DNA of 64,000 nucleotides from Lingula anatina (lineage: Eukaryota > Animalia > Brachiopoda). The notes beneath the pieces are model-generated. The model was given only the letters and a program-made list of their open reading frames with translations, did not search any database and had not been told where the DNA came from. The stretch is taken from contig CM120643.1 of NCBI GenBank assembly GCA_051362555.1, forward strand, positions 434,001 through 498,000, given 5' to 3'. How positions within the stretch are numbered: position 1 is the first letter of the stretch; each line of letters opens with the position of its first letter. The position numbers and the translations under genes were made by a program. This document shows, one piece after another, positions 1 through 13,852 of the stretch.

Positions 1-3000
1 AAGATTGAAATTGCTTTCACATAAAATCCTTCTAACAATCTCTCTGGAGGATGGTTCTTGACATTTTGATGTATCTCTGAACCCTGACCCTGGTTCCTGA
101 ATCTGGGTATCTAAGTCATCAAAGAATACTGCATCTTTTCCACTTCCTGTAGGTGAAAACCATGCAACTTTAAATCCCGTCTCACTCACTCTTGCATGTC
201 GCAAAACTGGAAGAACCCTCAGATGAAGTTCACTGGTCAACTGGTATACCTTTTGAGACAGATAACGTATGTAATTCTCCTGATGCTGGATATCTGGAAA
301 GAGCTCACAATACTGGCTCAAAGATCTTCTTATCTGGGTCTCATCACCTCCAGACATCTCTCTCATGATAATCTTCTTTGTTTGCTGAAGCATGTTAGTG
401 TAGCAAGGTGCAACTGTTTGCTCTATTAATGTGTTGTTCCACTCAGTTTTCACATCAGTATTTTCAGTGTTCATCCAAAGGTTTCTCCTGGCTTCATGAT
501 CCAGTGCAAAGTGACCATTGATATGAACAGGGAGGTTTGTTTTCAGTGGGAGTGGCAGGAAGCAAAATACCCTGCCTTTTGGGAGGTCTAATTTCTCTGT
601 CGGTAAACTATCAGGTGGAAGCAGATGTGCTACTCCTCCACGTGGCAGTAATCCCAAGTCTCTGTCCCAGAGGGACTTCTTTAAAGTTGTAGGTATTGAG
701 CTTGAATTGCTGAAGCCAAACTGTTGGGTGATAAACCATGTTTCTAATCTGCCTTTGTTGTCTTTTAAGGACATGGTGAAAGAAAAATTGATGGGACGTA
801 ACTGGTCCATTGTCAGTTCTTGTGTTTTCAGCCTCTCTGAGCTGGTCACCACTTCCTTTAGAAAGGACTGTTGTGCCTGTGTATCTTCAGCACTGAGACG
901 GGCCTCAACACTGTATGTGTTCTGCAGCTTTCCAGTGAACATGTTTATTTCTGAGACACTTATTTTCCTAATGTTATTGAGAAACAGCATCATCAGAAAT
1001 AAATCACCCTGAAATGTTTCCATGAGGGACTGCATTTCTGGAATGGTAACAGGTGTAGTTTTTATCTTGGATTGTCTGGCCATGTTTTCATTCCTGAGTG
1101 GCAATCGGAACAAGGTAGCTTCCTCCATTGGAAAAGATTCTTTCATGTCATCCAAGTAGCTTGCAAATACATCTGGGAAAGCCTTCCTCAACTTTGGAAT
1201 GTCATTATAACACCTTCCAGGCTCTGCAATAGAAGCACCTGGCACATAAATACAATGTGGATCAAAGATACACAATGTTTCTCCAATTTCCTGTCCTTTG
1301 GTTAAGAAAGATGGGGCATCTGTGAGATGATATACAGCATTGAAACCGACCCCATACTGCCCTGTTTTGTTTGGATCTTCACTCTTGCTTCCCTCACCTA
1401 AGTTGCTTATACCCTCTATGTCTGCTTGAGTAAATGGACTATTGTTGTAAACGCACAAAGCTGGTCCCTGCAATGGCTTCCAACAATCCTCAAATATGCG
1501 CTTGGTGGAATGGTTTCTGGGATCTAAAACAAAGTGAACTTCAGTTGCCTTTGCATCATCTGCATTTTGCAGGAGCTCTTTCAGGATATCCTGGTCACAG
1601 GGGTATCCTTCTAGTATTCTCTTGATTCTATTTGTAAGTTTTTCCTTCTGACCAAAGGGTATTCCCATTGAACATTTTCTAAGCTTTTCACCTCTTTTCG
1701 TCTGAACACCAAGGCCTATAGCATCATGATATGGTAAATCTTTGTGTGCACAATGCATGTCATCATCATCATTCACAAGCCATGGGCAATCATCAAAACA
1801 AAGGTGCTTTGCTTCAGACATCACTCCATCTTCATCTGGTAAATAAATAGGCCCATTTTTATCTTCAATTGATTTCAGTTTTGTTGTGAGGGGTACTTTC
1901 TCCTTTTTTATCTCATCCTCAATATTCTGCTGTAATGCAGACACAATTTGACGTATGTATGATGGCAGTGATTTTTTGCTGTATTTTTCATGTGGTTCCC
2001 GTAGGGCCTTTATATAATCTGCAATATCAAAGTCTTCTCGAACACCAGCAGCTTCCATGACATCAGGGAAGTCTCTCCAGTCATAAGGACGCCCGAAAAG
2101 AAGTGGCTCAAATCCAGCCTTGGAGTCGAATATAACTTTACTGCCTGAGACAAACTCTTGTGACTGCGGAATGTACACTGCATTTCTCTTTTGCAGTGCA
2201 TTACTGATAGCGGACTGTTTTGCAGGTTCCCTTCGCAGTAAATCATTCAGATACTGATAAATGTCCTTAATTAGATCTTTCAGCTTCTTTTCAAACTTTC
2301 CACACTTTGGGGCAGCTGCGATGGCCTCATCAAACTGGTCCCATACCTGATCAAGTTCAACATCTTTTCTAGACTGTATTTGGAGCAACCTCTCCACACT
2401 TCTATTCATTTTCAATTCCCTTCTGTCGACAACAGCAGTGGAAGAAGACACCAAATTTTCCACATCTGTTGAAAAGCATTCTTTAGGTGCAGCAAGATTG
2501 TTGTGATTGCCTTTCCAAGGAAGTGGGTAACCGTCTGGTTTGGGCTTAACTGGAAGAAATGGCACTTCACATAATACGCCACTCAGTTCACTTTCCAATT
2601 TACTACCTTCTTTTCCACTCAGCCTCCAGGCTAGGTACTGCAATATTTCTTTCACTCTTTGTACTCCTCTTGAATTATCTGTTTGATGGAGACCAGCAAC
2701 ACTTTTGGCTCTCTCCAAAATCTGCTCACAGCTGATGTCTTCAAAGATGCCAAGTTTTTCCAATACCAGAAGGCGGCGTGGGTTCAGGTATGACCTTTCG
2801 GTTCCTTTGATGAAAATCCCATCTTCCTCATAATACAATGAGGCAGCTCTGCTTTTTGGGTGCATGAGAGCACAGGGTTTCTTTAACTCCCCATGAGGTG
2901 TGGAAGGAATGCATGGATATCTCTGCAAGAGTTTATTCAGATATTCATCATCTTGGTCAATTGCATAAAGTATCAAAGAATCTCTGACATCTCCATCAAG

Positions 3001-6000
3001 AGTGTTGATGTTTGGGAAAACTGCTTCATTGTACAACCTGTGAAGGTCAAACATGATCTTTCCTTGAATCTCTCCAGGGGCAAATGACAATATGGTTTTC
3101 ATGGTCTCACTGGGAACTTTTACATATATCTTTCTCCTGTCCCGGAGATAATCTTCTAATATTCTTTCAGCATGGGTCACTATATTTGATCCCTTGACAT
3201 CTTCTGTGAGCATACCAACATTATGGACATTTTCCCATATTTTCCCATTTGAAAATAAAGCGGGTGCCTGCTGTTCCTCTGTGGAAAATAAGGAGGCATA
3301 AAACTGCTGCACAAGAGGCTCACATACTGGTTTATATGTGCTCCCACAGGTTGGCCACAATTCGCTAAAGCTGTAAGGTGTACCACATGTTAATTCTCTC
3401 AAGTCTTCAAGACAAAAAAGAAGTGCTTTGGGAATGACATCCTTCATGATGATTTGGTTCCATTCAGCTCCTTTTGAAACTTTATCATCCGTTGTTTTCT
3501 CAGTTAGATGTTTGCGGTTGGACTCCACAGAGAAACTTCCATTAACATGAAATGAGAATCCACTGGAAATTGGAAGAGGGAGATAACAAAAGAATGTTCC
3601 CTTCTGGGTACACAATGGTGCATATCTAACGCTGCCTTTAACACTGCACTCCTTCAAATGCACCGCCACTCCACCTGTAGGTACAAGACCAGAACTCTTG
3701 CACATGGTCAACATCTGTGATGTGAGGTCTCCCATGCATGACGTAACCAGCCAGAAATCATTCCTCTCCTCAGTTTTGATAATACTCACACTACCTGCAT
3801 CCATTTTGGAGGACATTTCAAGGAGAAGGGACACTGATGGCTTTTGAGTGTCTTTGGGCATTGGAATTGATGGCACTGATTCTGCTGATTGGAGGGCTTG
3901 GGTTGAAGCTTTTAAAATTTGTGTTGGCTGAAGCTCTGGTAAATGCAAACCTCTTATCACTTTTGATATGTTCTTTGTTGTTTCATAGATACACTGTATC
4001 ATTGATGGGGTTCCATCCTTGGGGAGGTGATAAATTGATATTTTCTTCACATTTTGAGTAAAAAGTAGAACTTCTGAAGAAGAATCCACCAATTTCTGAA
4101 GAAGCAATAGCACTTGTTTTTCATCATAATGCACATCGCTGATCTCACTTTTATAGGATTGTTCCTTTGTCCGTAGAGGAAATCTAAATAATGTTGCATT
4201 GTAGCTAAACATGCAAGATTTGGCAGTGGAATCAAGATTGCAGCCAAAAATCCCATTAAAAGGCTTGAATTGGTTCTTCAACTTCTGAAGCTTTTTTCTG
4301 TTTTTTAAAATAATCTTAATTCCAGGTTTTGATCTTGCTGCTCTTCCCAAGTGTTTCATATGTGGATCAAAGATGGCTATACTGTTACTGCTAACGAAAC
4401 TTGGGACATCAGTTAGATTGTAGACTGCATTGAACCCAAGTCCAAATTTGCCAATTTTGTCACTCATCTTTTCTTTGGTTGCACCCCCCAGCTTAACAAG
4501 GTTTTTGAAATCTTCTTCTGTGAACACAGCATCATTATAGGCCCAGAGTGCAGGTCCTTGGCAACTTCGCATTCCCTCATGTATCAAGCATGTCTGAGCA
4601 TCTTTATTTTCTCTGTGGTCATACAGAAACTTTACTTCTTGGGCACCTGCATCATCAGCATTTTGAATAAGTTCCTTAGGAACGGATAACCCATCTGTGT
4701 AGCCTTCCTTAAGCAGATTGTGAAGGCGACAGGTCAGTGGCTCCGACTGGCCATAGTTCATGTCCAACTCTTCTACATCTAAAATACGACTCATAAGAGT
4801 TGGCACACCTAACTTTTCACTAGTTTGCATTGAGACATGCTCATGGACAAAGAAGATAGATTCTGTTTCTTCATCACTAATATCAGTGATGTCATACCCT
4901 TGCTGAAGCCAGTCCATATCACAGTAAGTGCACTGGGAGACTGGCTTAAGGATGAGGGTGGATTTGTCATCACTATGAACAGGCACTAAGAGCTCATCTT
5001 GCAGTTGGGATATTGTCACCTCGTCCATTGACTCAACAATGTGCAACAGATCAATAATTGTCTGAAGATCCCTCTGTGCATCAAGATCTGCAGCGTTGCT
5101 GTTGATCATCTGAGACTGGACCCTTTCTTGTTGGTATTTAATTTGGATATTGCTTTGCACATGCAGAATGATTTCAAGTTCATCTTTTTGTTCTACACCA
5201 GACTTGGAAAATTGTTCGCTGAATTTCTCTAAATCTCTTGGAAGGACAAACAAATGAGGCTGCAGCATAATCCCTTGTAGTTTTGGAGGAATAGTAGGAA
5301 CAACATCTTTTGATGAGGAAAACCCATCTCCATTCCAGATCCATTTATGTGAGCTGGATTTAAGGCCTTTGTAGGGAACATCCCCCCTAACTGGATGAAA
5401 CAATTCTCCATAGATATCTAGAATCATTGGCAGAAATAGACCCTTTTCACTACTTGTATAATATCTTACTACCTGTTCTAACTGGGCAATGACTTTTGAC
5501 ATACTGGGCCTTTTATTCCATCCAAATTCCCTGGCAATCTCTTTATCCACAACCTCATCAGAGACAGGCCTCACAGAACCAATCACTTTTTCATATACGC
5601 TACTGCACAACTCACTTGGTGTTAAAAAGGTGCAATCCGATGAACACCAAGGCAAAGAATTGGGATAATTCTTTGGCCTTGGCTTGACCTTGATAAACCT
5701 GGTGCCTTTCAAACAGCTCAAGAGTGAGTTTCCATTTCCTAGGCTATCCTTTAATATAGTTGGTCTAGATCTCAAAATTGTCATAATTGCTTCTGACTTA
5801 TCAATCAACAAGTTTTGCGTGGCCGATCCCGCATAAGCCACATTTTGAATGTACTCAGCTGCCTTGTAAATGTCCTCTGCAGTTATTTGTTCTCTTTCTG
5901 TCTTCAATCCTAACCTTTTCAGAGCCGCATGTAATTGTGGATCATCCTTATACTGTCCAGTTGGAAAGACATCAGATACCCCATGAAAGAGATCAAATAC

Positions 6001-6956
6001 AACTGAATCATGGTGATCAAACAATTGGCTTGCTGTGAATCTCTCTCCTGATTCATTTGGAACAAAAGGAATGTCTCTCACCATACGACGTATTTCTTTA
6101 TCTTCATTCATGTTGATGGTCAGTACCTGCTTCATCAAAAGATCAATCTCTCCGCTTTCCTGGTACCACTCAATGTCTGCTAACACAATTTCTCTTAGCA
6201 AGTCATTCATGTCCAAAATTCTCATTCCTAATTGCTGAACTAGCATTTCAGAGTCTGTTCCTGATGCTTCGATAAACTTCCAACGTAATGAAAAGCTTGG
6301 ACTTTGATGTAAAACCCAGAATGCTTCATGGAGAGAAACTCTGTTGCCAGAACTTTGAGGATCAGAGTATTCTGTTCCACCAACCGACATAAAGATTGGA
6401 AGTTCCATAAGCAATTTCCTGTGTGACTTTATGTCATGTGCTGAGGCTTCAGAGACAAGCTTTCTGAGCTTATCCTTCTCTGCCAATGGCCATTCTTTTA
6501 TCATTTCTAAGTTGGTTTGGGTCTGCACATTTGAAAGAGCCTGTAAAACACCTTCAGGTGTTGGAGGACTTATGTATTTTGGTACAACAGCATGGTGATC
6601 TTCGATAAATTTGGGGAGATTCTGAAATAAAATTACCCCCAAAGCTTTAAGCCACTTAGCTAAACCATCATCAAGTCTGTCCCCTTTCCAACAAGTTATC
6701 AAGGCAGGTAAGCCAGAACTCAGCTTCACAATTCTACAAGAAGCCAGATCAAGAAGAATGTGCAAGTCTTCAAACCTGGAGAGATTGTCAGGGAATTGAC
6801 GGGTCAGGTACTCCCACGCCATCTGAAGCCAGCCATGAGTAGGATGGTTGGTGGTGTGTTGATCCCAGTCCTTGGTGTTGTCTCTGCAGGGGTCGAAGAG
6901 TCTTCTGATCAATTCAGCCATTGAAGTCTTGTCTAGAATTTTCAACTGGGTTAATC
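1..6956 (-). CDS. SACS: Sacsin-like gene copy A, giant exon (partial, runs off left edge); encodes sacsin repeats 2 and 3 (Hsp90-like HATPase)
   Basis: Colinear with 53305-60251 (copy B); the only indels seen are in-frame (3 bp near 5125, 12 bp near 5831). Acceptor tttag|GA at 6957/6956. No in-frame ORF ends inside this span in the ORF track, consistent with a frame open to the window edge. Motifs KELIQNADDAGA and KELLQNADDAKA present. Confidence 0.93.
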
Positions 6957-7352
6957 CTAAAGTGAAACAAAAATGAAATTTTCTCTTTTTTAATTGAAGT
7001 TTTTTTTATTAAAATTGTATTTCATTAATAATATATATTAATGTCATGAAAGATTAACAATATGAATGACAGCATGCATAATTGGCACATCGAGACATCT
7101 ATAAAATCTTATTTTCTGCAGAGTTAACTGCCATTTTCTATGGTGACAGTGACAGTGTAACCATTCACTTATGTCACAGCAGAGCAGAACATGTATTGAC
7201 CTTTATGAATCTGTATATAAAATCTGAAAAAATTGCTTTAATGACCAGATTTGTTTCTGAAAAAGGTAACGTAATCCAAAGATTGTTTTCCATTCAATTG
7301 AACTTGCCTATTAGCAGATTTTAATTGCTGTTTAGAACTTTAATAGTTATAC

Positions 7353-8990
7353 CTAAAGTTGCCATCTTTTCCAGGTGTGCGGCAACCTCAGATGGAACTC
7401 TCTCAGTCTCCAATAAGCTGTGGGTCAGCCCGGGAAGAAGCTCTTTTGGATGATCCTTGGTTGGAATATACACTGCATCACTTGCACTGGACTGGAACCT
7501 AACAATTTGGTCGCTTCGGGGCAAAAGTTTGATCCCAATTATATCACCATAGGATGAATCAGAGAGGATGTACTTCAGGATAGACATCTTGTTGACAAAT
7601 GAGAGGCTGACTACCCAGGTTGACACATTTGGTTTCTTTAGAGCAGTGCGCACATGTCCTGGCTGAATCTTAGAAATTTTCACTTCATGCTTTTGTAATG
7701 CTTCTTCTACATGTGATGGGACAGTGCAAATCCTTTCGCCACTTTGCATGAGAACACTCACAAGATCCTCAACATTGTCTATGTTAGGGCTTAAATCATT
7801 GAACAAGACTTCACTGGCATTGTGCCATCTACTGGCAGAGAAAGAGGTGTCAGTTGTTGGGCTATAAAATGATTGCCTCCTTAGAGTCACTCTGTACATA
7901 AGTGTGACCATTTTTTCAAATTTGGGATCAGTTAAACTGCAGTCTGGCATTGCATTATAAATGCATGTTGGTGAAAAGCCCTCGAGAATGGCACAATTTA
8001 GGAGTTCTGCATATGCCACTGAAACTGCTTCTTCCACCAAGCAGATGTTCCACAGAAGTGCTTTATCAGTGAGGGCAGACCTATCTTGGTCTGCAGTGGG
8101 CCATTTCAGCTGTCTGCGATTTTGGCTGAGTGCAAAGAACCCGCTGATGTGAACTGGTAGACCAGTCACACTTTTTTCTTCAAGTGGGAGTGGTAGGAAA
8201 CAGAAGAAGTGGCCGTTCGGTTGTTGGGACTTCTGTTTGACTTGTTGAAATGGTTCGTCCTTTGTGCCACAACACATAGCAACAGCCACCCACGGAAGGA
8301 AACCCAGTTTTGAATCATTTGCCAGTTCTTGTAACTGTGAACTCACTTGGCCTCCAGAAAAGTGGTTTGTTAGCATCCATTTGGTCGTCTTTGAGGGGGT
8401 AGGTGAAGAGGCAGCTGATTGGTGGATATATGTCGTCTCTGTGAATTGGAGCTCATACGTTGACTGAATTGGTTTTTCTGGCCACTCATTGGTTTGTCGC
8501 ACCTTAGCAATTTCTGACAAAAACTCTTCACGCTTTGATCTCACACCTTTGATGCAGTCTTTATCTATCTCCAACTGAAAGATTAACTCTGGTTTCTCAC
8601 TTCCTTCTGTTCTTTCATACAATTCAATGCTTTCCAGTGATGACAAAAACAGAAGGTTCATATATGCACATGTCATGAAAGATTTGAACAAACTATCAAT
8701 TTTTTGTGATGCATATATCTGCTCTGACAATTGTGAACAGAATTGAGAGGGATCTTGTGAACCTGTCCTGAGTGGAAAGCGAAACAGTGTTCCCTTATAA
8801 ACTCCACCATTGAATGTTATGTCACGGCCACCAAAAATTCCCACAAATGGTTCAAACTGATCAGGCAAAGAAGAGATTTCTTCCCTATCATTTTCAAGAT
8901 GCCATTGCTTCCCTGTCGTCCTGGGACCAAAGAATTTTTCATGTGGATCTAGGAATCCTATCTTGTCTCCACTTATTACGCTTGGTAAAT
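7353..8990 (-). CDS. SACS: Sacsin-like copy A, internal exon (rest of sacsin repeat 1)
   Basis: Inside ORF 7321..9099: DLPSVISGDKIGFLDPH, GTLFRFPLRT, FCFLPLP..TGLPVHISGFFALSQNRRQL. Acceptor ttctag|AT at 8991/8990 and donor G|gtataa at 7353/7352; both phase 1 and matching the neighbouring exons. Confidence 0.92.
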
Positions 8991-9683
8991 CTAGAAGTAA
9001 ATGTAGAAGAATAGAAAAATAAATGTCCAAGCACATAAGGTTTATGCAAAGGCACATATGACTTATGCACAGGTTCATAGGGTTTATGGACAGGCACATT
9101 CCAATGTCTGAGCATGCATGCAGTGCTTTGTCTAAGACTTTCTACAGACAATATAGGGATATAGATCACTGACCTTTGAAAGACAAGATATTGCCCTGGA
9201 CAGTGAAAAACTACCAAAGGATTCAGTTTCATAGCCCATAAAAAGTACTATGGTTATAATGTGTAAAATATTCAAACAATAAAAAAACAGAATAATTATG
9301 ATTAATATAAACCGATATCATGCCAATTTTCAAAAACAACCTACCCAGCAGACAAACGACATTTGCAGCGCATTTGCAGGAAAGCAAAAAAAGGGGGACA
9401 CCACCTCCAGTGTTGTACTTGACAAGCTCCACAAATTGTAGTTAACAAGAGGTCTCGATTTTTTAATGTTGAAAACTACAATTTATAACAAAATCATGGG
9501 GAAAAGTAAAAGGTCAAATCCAAATTTGTGATGTGCATTTCATGGCGAAAAGGAGGTCAAAGGTCAAATTCAAAGTCACAAGAAGACTGTCAATATATGA
9601 ATTCCCATTCAGGTTCAGTAGTATCAATGGGCATATCTGTGCCAGTTTTAGAGATATAAGGGAAGGAAAATTCAAGGCCAAAA

Positions 9684-11725
9684 CCCAGCAGGCACTCAAC
9701 GTTGATTCAACATTGAGGATAGGTTAAGATGATGTTGATCCATCAATATTGATAGATCAACAAGATCTCAACATCGAATCAACCTTTTCTTGTCAACCAA
9801 TTGTCAATGTTGATAGATCAACAGGGTCTCAACATTGATTTAACCTTTCTTTGTCAATCAATTTTCAATGTTGATAGATCAACAGGATTTCAACATTGAA
9901 TCAAACTTTTCTTGTCAACCCATTGTCAATGTTGATAGATCAACAGGGTCTCAACATTGATTTAACCTTTCTTTGTCAATCAATTTTCAATGTTGATAGA
10001 TCAACAGGATTTCAACATTGAATCAACCTGTGTTTGTAAACTCTTTGTAAATGTTGACATATCAACTGGATCTCAACATTGGGTCAACCTTAACTTTATT
10101 TATAACCTTAATCATAACCTTGATAATAGTTTTAAATGATTATCTCACTAGAGAGGTATGCATAGGGGTAATTACCCCTCATAAAACGCTTGTTTTACCC
10201 CTTTTTCATTAAAATTAATTTAGTGAAAAAAGCGGTCTTCATTTTTTTAAAAACTTTCCAGATTTGATGTTCAGGTTATCTTTAAGAAAAAGAAAAAAAA
10301 AAAAAACATAGGGTCACCAGCCTTACCTTATGGCAAATTGACAAAATTTACTCAAAGTTGAAGAAAAAGCTTGAAAAAGCCAAAAATGCCTGTTTTTCTG
10401 GAAATTTAAGTTAGCTGTGAGAAAAAATGAGACTGGTGACCCTTTGTTTTTGTATTCTTAAAATTATCTTAACAACCTGATTATTTTAGTAAAGCTAATT
10501 TGTTGTTTAATTTTTATGGGTAATTACCGTATGTGCCTGCATACTTGTATAATGTAAATAAAGTGCAAGACTCCGGATAACATGAACTGATGCAACACGT
10601 GAGTGTGGACAGTGTGTAACACTTTTACAGTACAAAAACTGTACTTTATTAACAGTACTTTGTGAGGCCACACTATCAGGAGGATCGTTCAACAGATAAG
10701 GACATGGAAAACGGTGACATTGCGTCTTCAAAACTACACACTATCAGGAGGATCGTTCAACAGATAGGGACATGGAAAACGGTGACATTGCGTCTTCAAA
10801 ACCCCACACTATGAGGAGGAACGTTTAACAGAAAAGGACTCTTAAAACTGTGACATTGCGTCTTCAAAACTTAACTGTCTACGAATCTGTTAGAATTTAA
10901 CTGTATTTGACAAATGTTAAAGTTTATGAAACATGATAGTATTACATGTAGTTAGTGTATGTTCATTGTTTGTAATATATTATATTCATGGTTAAATTAG
11001 TTGTTGTTTGTGTTTTTTTATGTTCGGGCTGTTTTGGTCCGTAAAATTGAGCATCAAACTGGAAAGTTAAAAAAGAATCTGACGACCCATAGGTGGATAC
11101 AGGGGCCGGTCCCGGGGTCTGGACCCCCCCCCCCCCTTTTGTTTCGAAATTACCTTTTTTGTAGGTAATTTTCCTTATTTCCCCCCTTTTCAGCTCTGAG
11201 TCTTTTTATTTCAAGAAATGCTTGATATCTTGGAGAACACCTTCAGCCATCAGGCAAATTTCAATCAAATATCCTGATAGCCTAATTGATATATCAACGT
11301 TAATTCAATTTTCAAATTCAACTTAATTTCAACATTGATTCAACATTGAGGTATCAATGTTGATTCAACATGGATACCTCAAGGTTGATTCAACCTTGAT
11401 GGTTCAACGTTGATTCAACTTTCATAGTAAATGTCATATCAACATATTTTCAACGTTGACTGTCAACATTGATTCAACATTGATACCTCAAAGTTGATTC
11501 AACCTTGATGGTTCAACGTTGATTCAACTTTCATAGTCAACGTTATATCAACATAGTTTCAACGTTGACCAGCAACGTTGATTCAACATTGATACCTCAA
11601 GGTTGATTCAACCTTGATGGTTCAACATTGAGTCAACTTTCATAGTCAATGTCATATCAACATACTTTCAACGTTGACCATCAACGTTGATTCAACATTG
11701 ATTCAATGTTGATTTGCCCGCTGGG
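9684..11725. mobile_element. CCC-terminated TIR element with subterminal TCAAC(A/G)TTGA arrays (CMC/EnSpm-like)
   Basis: CCCAGCAGGCA.. / ..TGCCCGCTGGG ends; dozens of palindromic TCAAC.TTGA units near both ends; interrupts Helentron-like copy I. Confidence 0.7.
10668..10872. repeat. Tandem repeat, ~69 bp x3
   Basis: CACACTATCAGGAGGATCGTTCAACAGA...GCGTCTTCAAAA repeated. Confidence 0.85.
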
Positions 11726-11832
11726 AAAAAGGTCACACTTAAATTGCCAGTATGACTTCCTATTCAAGTTCAAAAGTAACCAAGGGCATATAGACTGTCA
11801 GTTTTGAAGATGTGACGGACAAAAAAAAGCAA

Positions 11833-12142
11833 GCGAGTTAACTTCCAAAGCTGTAATTAATTCTCGACTGTGCTCACTGGAGATTCTGGCACCTTGACGC
11901 ATGAGCAGTAGTATCTCTAAACTGTGGAGTTCATCAGGGTGCACTCATATCTGTCGTGTGTATATGGACCTCATCTTCTTCATCTTCTTGTTGCACAAAA
12001 GCAACAAACACATTTTTCCAAGCAACAATGACTGCCATTTCCTTCTCTCTAGCTTATTACTGCGCATGTGTTGAGGTGTCAGAATCTCCTCTGAGCGCAG
12101 CCTAGAATTAATTACAGCTTTAATTTGAAGTTACTCACTCGC
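11833..12142. mobile_element. MITE with ~80-bp imperfect TIRs
   Basis: AAAGCTGTAATTAATTCT..GGAGATTCTG vs CAGAATCTCC..AGAATTAATTACAGCTTT. Confidence 0.7.
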
Positions 12143-13852
12143 TCTGCTAGTTAATTACGCCGCCGGGTATTCTGGGTTCAGACCGTGATCACTGGATACC
12201 GCCAATGGATTTTTGTATTTTAAGAATTTAGATTTTTCATGTGAACGGTCCCTGAAGGTCAATTCCAAGGTCACAGTTAGATTGCCAGTGTATGACATCA
12301 ATAGTTACTATGGGCATATCTGTCAGTTGGAGATATAAGGGACTAAAATATTGCAGTTTTGGAGTTAAAGCAACGTGCCATAAATTTTGTACAGAAGAAA
12401 TTAATTGAAATAGAGAAAAGATCATTTTGTTTGATATTCATGAAATGTGATCAGAAATCTCAGATGTTTGAATTTCTTGAAATAATGTCATTTTTGACCA
12501 GAAGTTGCCTGCCTCACTATGCCTTATGTTATCTTGTCCAGACGTTTGAAATTTTATGCACATTACCGTACAATGTACTTTTTGATACAGCATAACTGGT
12601 AAACCATATGGAAAAAAAAAAAAAAAAAAAAAAAAACAGACACCACTATCAGTGTTGGGCTTGACATGCTCTATCAAATGGTTCTAGCATTAACAGTTCC
12701 AGAAATAGAGTTTTCAGTTTCGGCATCTAATGGCTGCTGCTCTCGAGAAAATGCACCGATTGACCCCAAACTCACGGAGATGAAAGACGACCCTTATCGC
12801 AACACTTGCCAATAATATTATAGGTGAGGTCTGTGTAGTTTCTGAAAATCGGCGCAAATAATTTTTTTGAAAAAATTCCATTTTTAGATAATTTTGGCCC
12901 GTTTGGCCTTGAAATAAAGGTCAAAGGTCAAATCCAAGGGCAATTTGGAATCTCCCCATATTACTTTAATTAAGTCAGACTGCTATAGAAATTTTTCCCA
13001 TAATTCTTTCGGTGTGCTAGAAATTTAGCATATAGTGCATTTTGCAAATTTTGGACAAGGGTGCATTGCGACAATCTCTATACCAAGACCCATGCACTGA
13101 CAAAGCCCAAAATTTACACAGATCGAGCTGAGATTATATGTGACCTAAATCCAAGAGATGGGTACACAGGTTCTTGTAGTCTAGGAGGAGAAGTGGTAAC
13201 AGTAACATGGCTGTTCCTTATACGAATCAAATAAATTCGAAATGACTGAATAAATCTCGATCAGCCATAAAATAGCTTTAGACTGCCCCTTTCTTTAAAT
13301 TTGTGTCAGAAATTTAACCAATACTTATGTGACCTACTTTTCTGCCCCATGTATATACAGCATAGAAAGCTAGCAAAGAAATCCATTCCTATATCATTTT
13401 TGGGTAACATTAAACAATATCATATTTTTTGGTAATTCTCTTAGTTATACTATTTGAATTTACATGCCGGCATTTGGTGGGCTTTTGTGGCAAAACATTA
13501 ACTATTTGTATGCATCTTTAAAGTTAAAAAAAATATGACAGTATGGCAGTTATGGGGCAAACATCACCAAAGTTGTCAAAAGAACCTGAATAATTACCGC
13601 AAATGTAAACCAATCATGCCAGTTTTCGTATGCAACCTGCCTCTTTACCAAACAAATTTAAAGTCACTCAATATAGTCTTATTTATTTCATCTGTCATAG
13701 TGATGATTTCACCGCCAAATTAAATTTCAGAAACTTCCACATTTAAATAAGATTTGATATCAATGTTTTGTAAAGATAATTTGTTATAATGACATTATGT
13801 GTATTGAATCTTTTAAAGTATTGTATTTATTGGAAAGAACTGTAACCAAGTC

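Larger units (their letters stand above)
9365..13212. mobile_element. Helentron/HINE-like non-autonomous element, copy I (interrupted by insertions)
   Basis: Shares ordered blocks with 30497-34400 and 34646-37925. Confidence 0.65.

Noticed and set aside
196-6238. Many short plus-strand and off-frame ORFs shared between 196-6238 and 53309-59333
   Set aside because: Shadow ORFs of the sacsin exons, shared only because of the duplication.
1-6956. Copy A as a pseudogene (no long ORF in the track)
   Set aside because: The frame appears open and simply lacks a stop before the window edge; indels relative to B are multiples of 3.
8991-9099. N-terminal MCLSINPMNLCISH.. of the 592-aa ORF
   Set aside because: Intronic ~21-bp tandem repeat and polypyrimidine tract upstream of the real acceptor at 8990.
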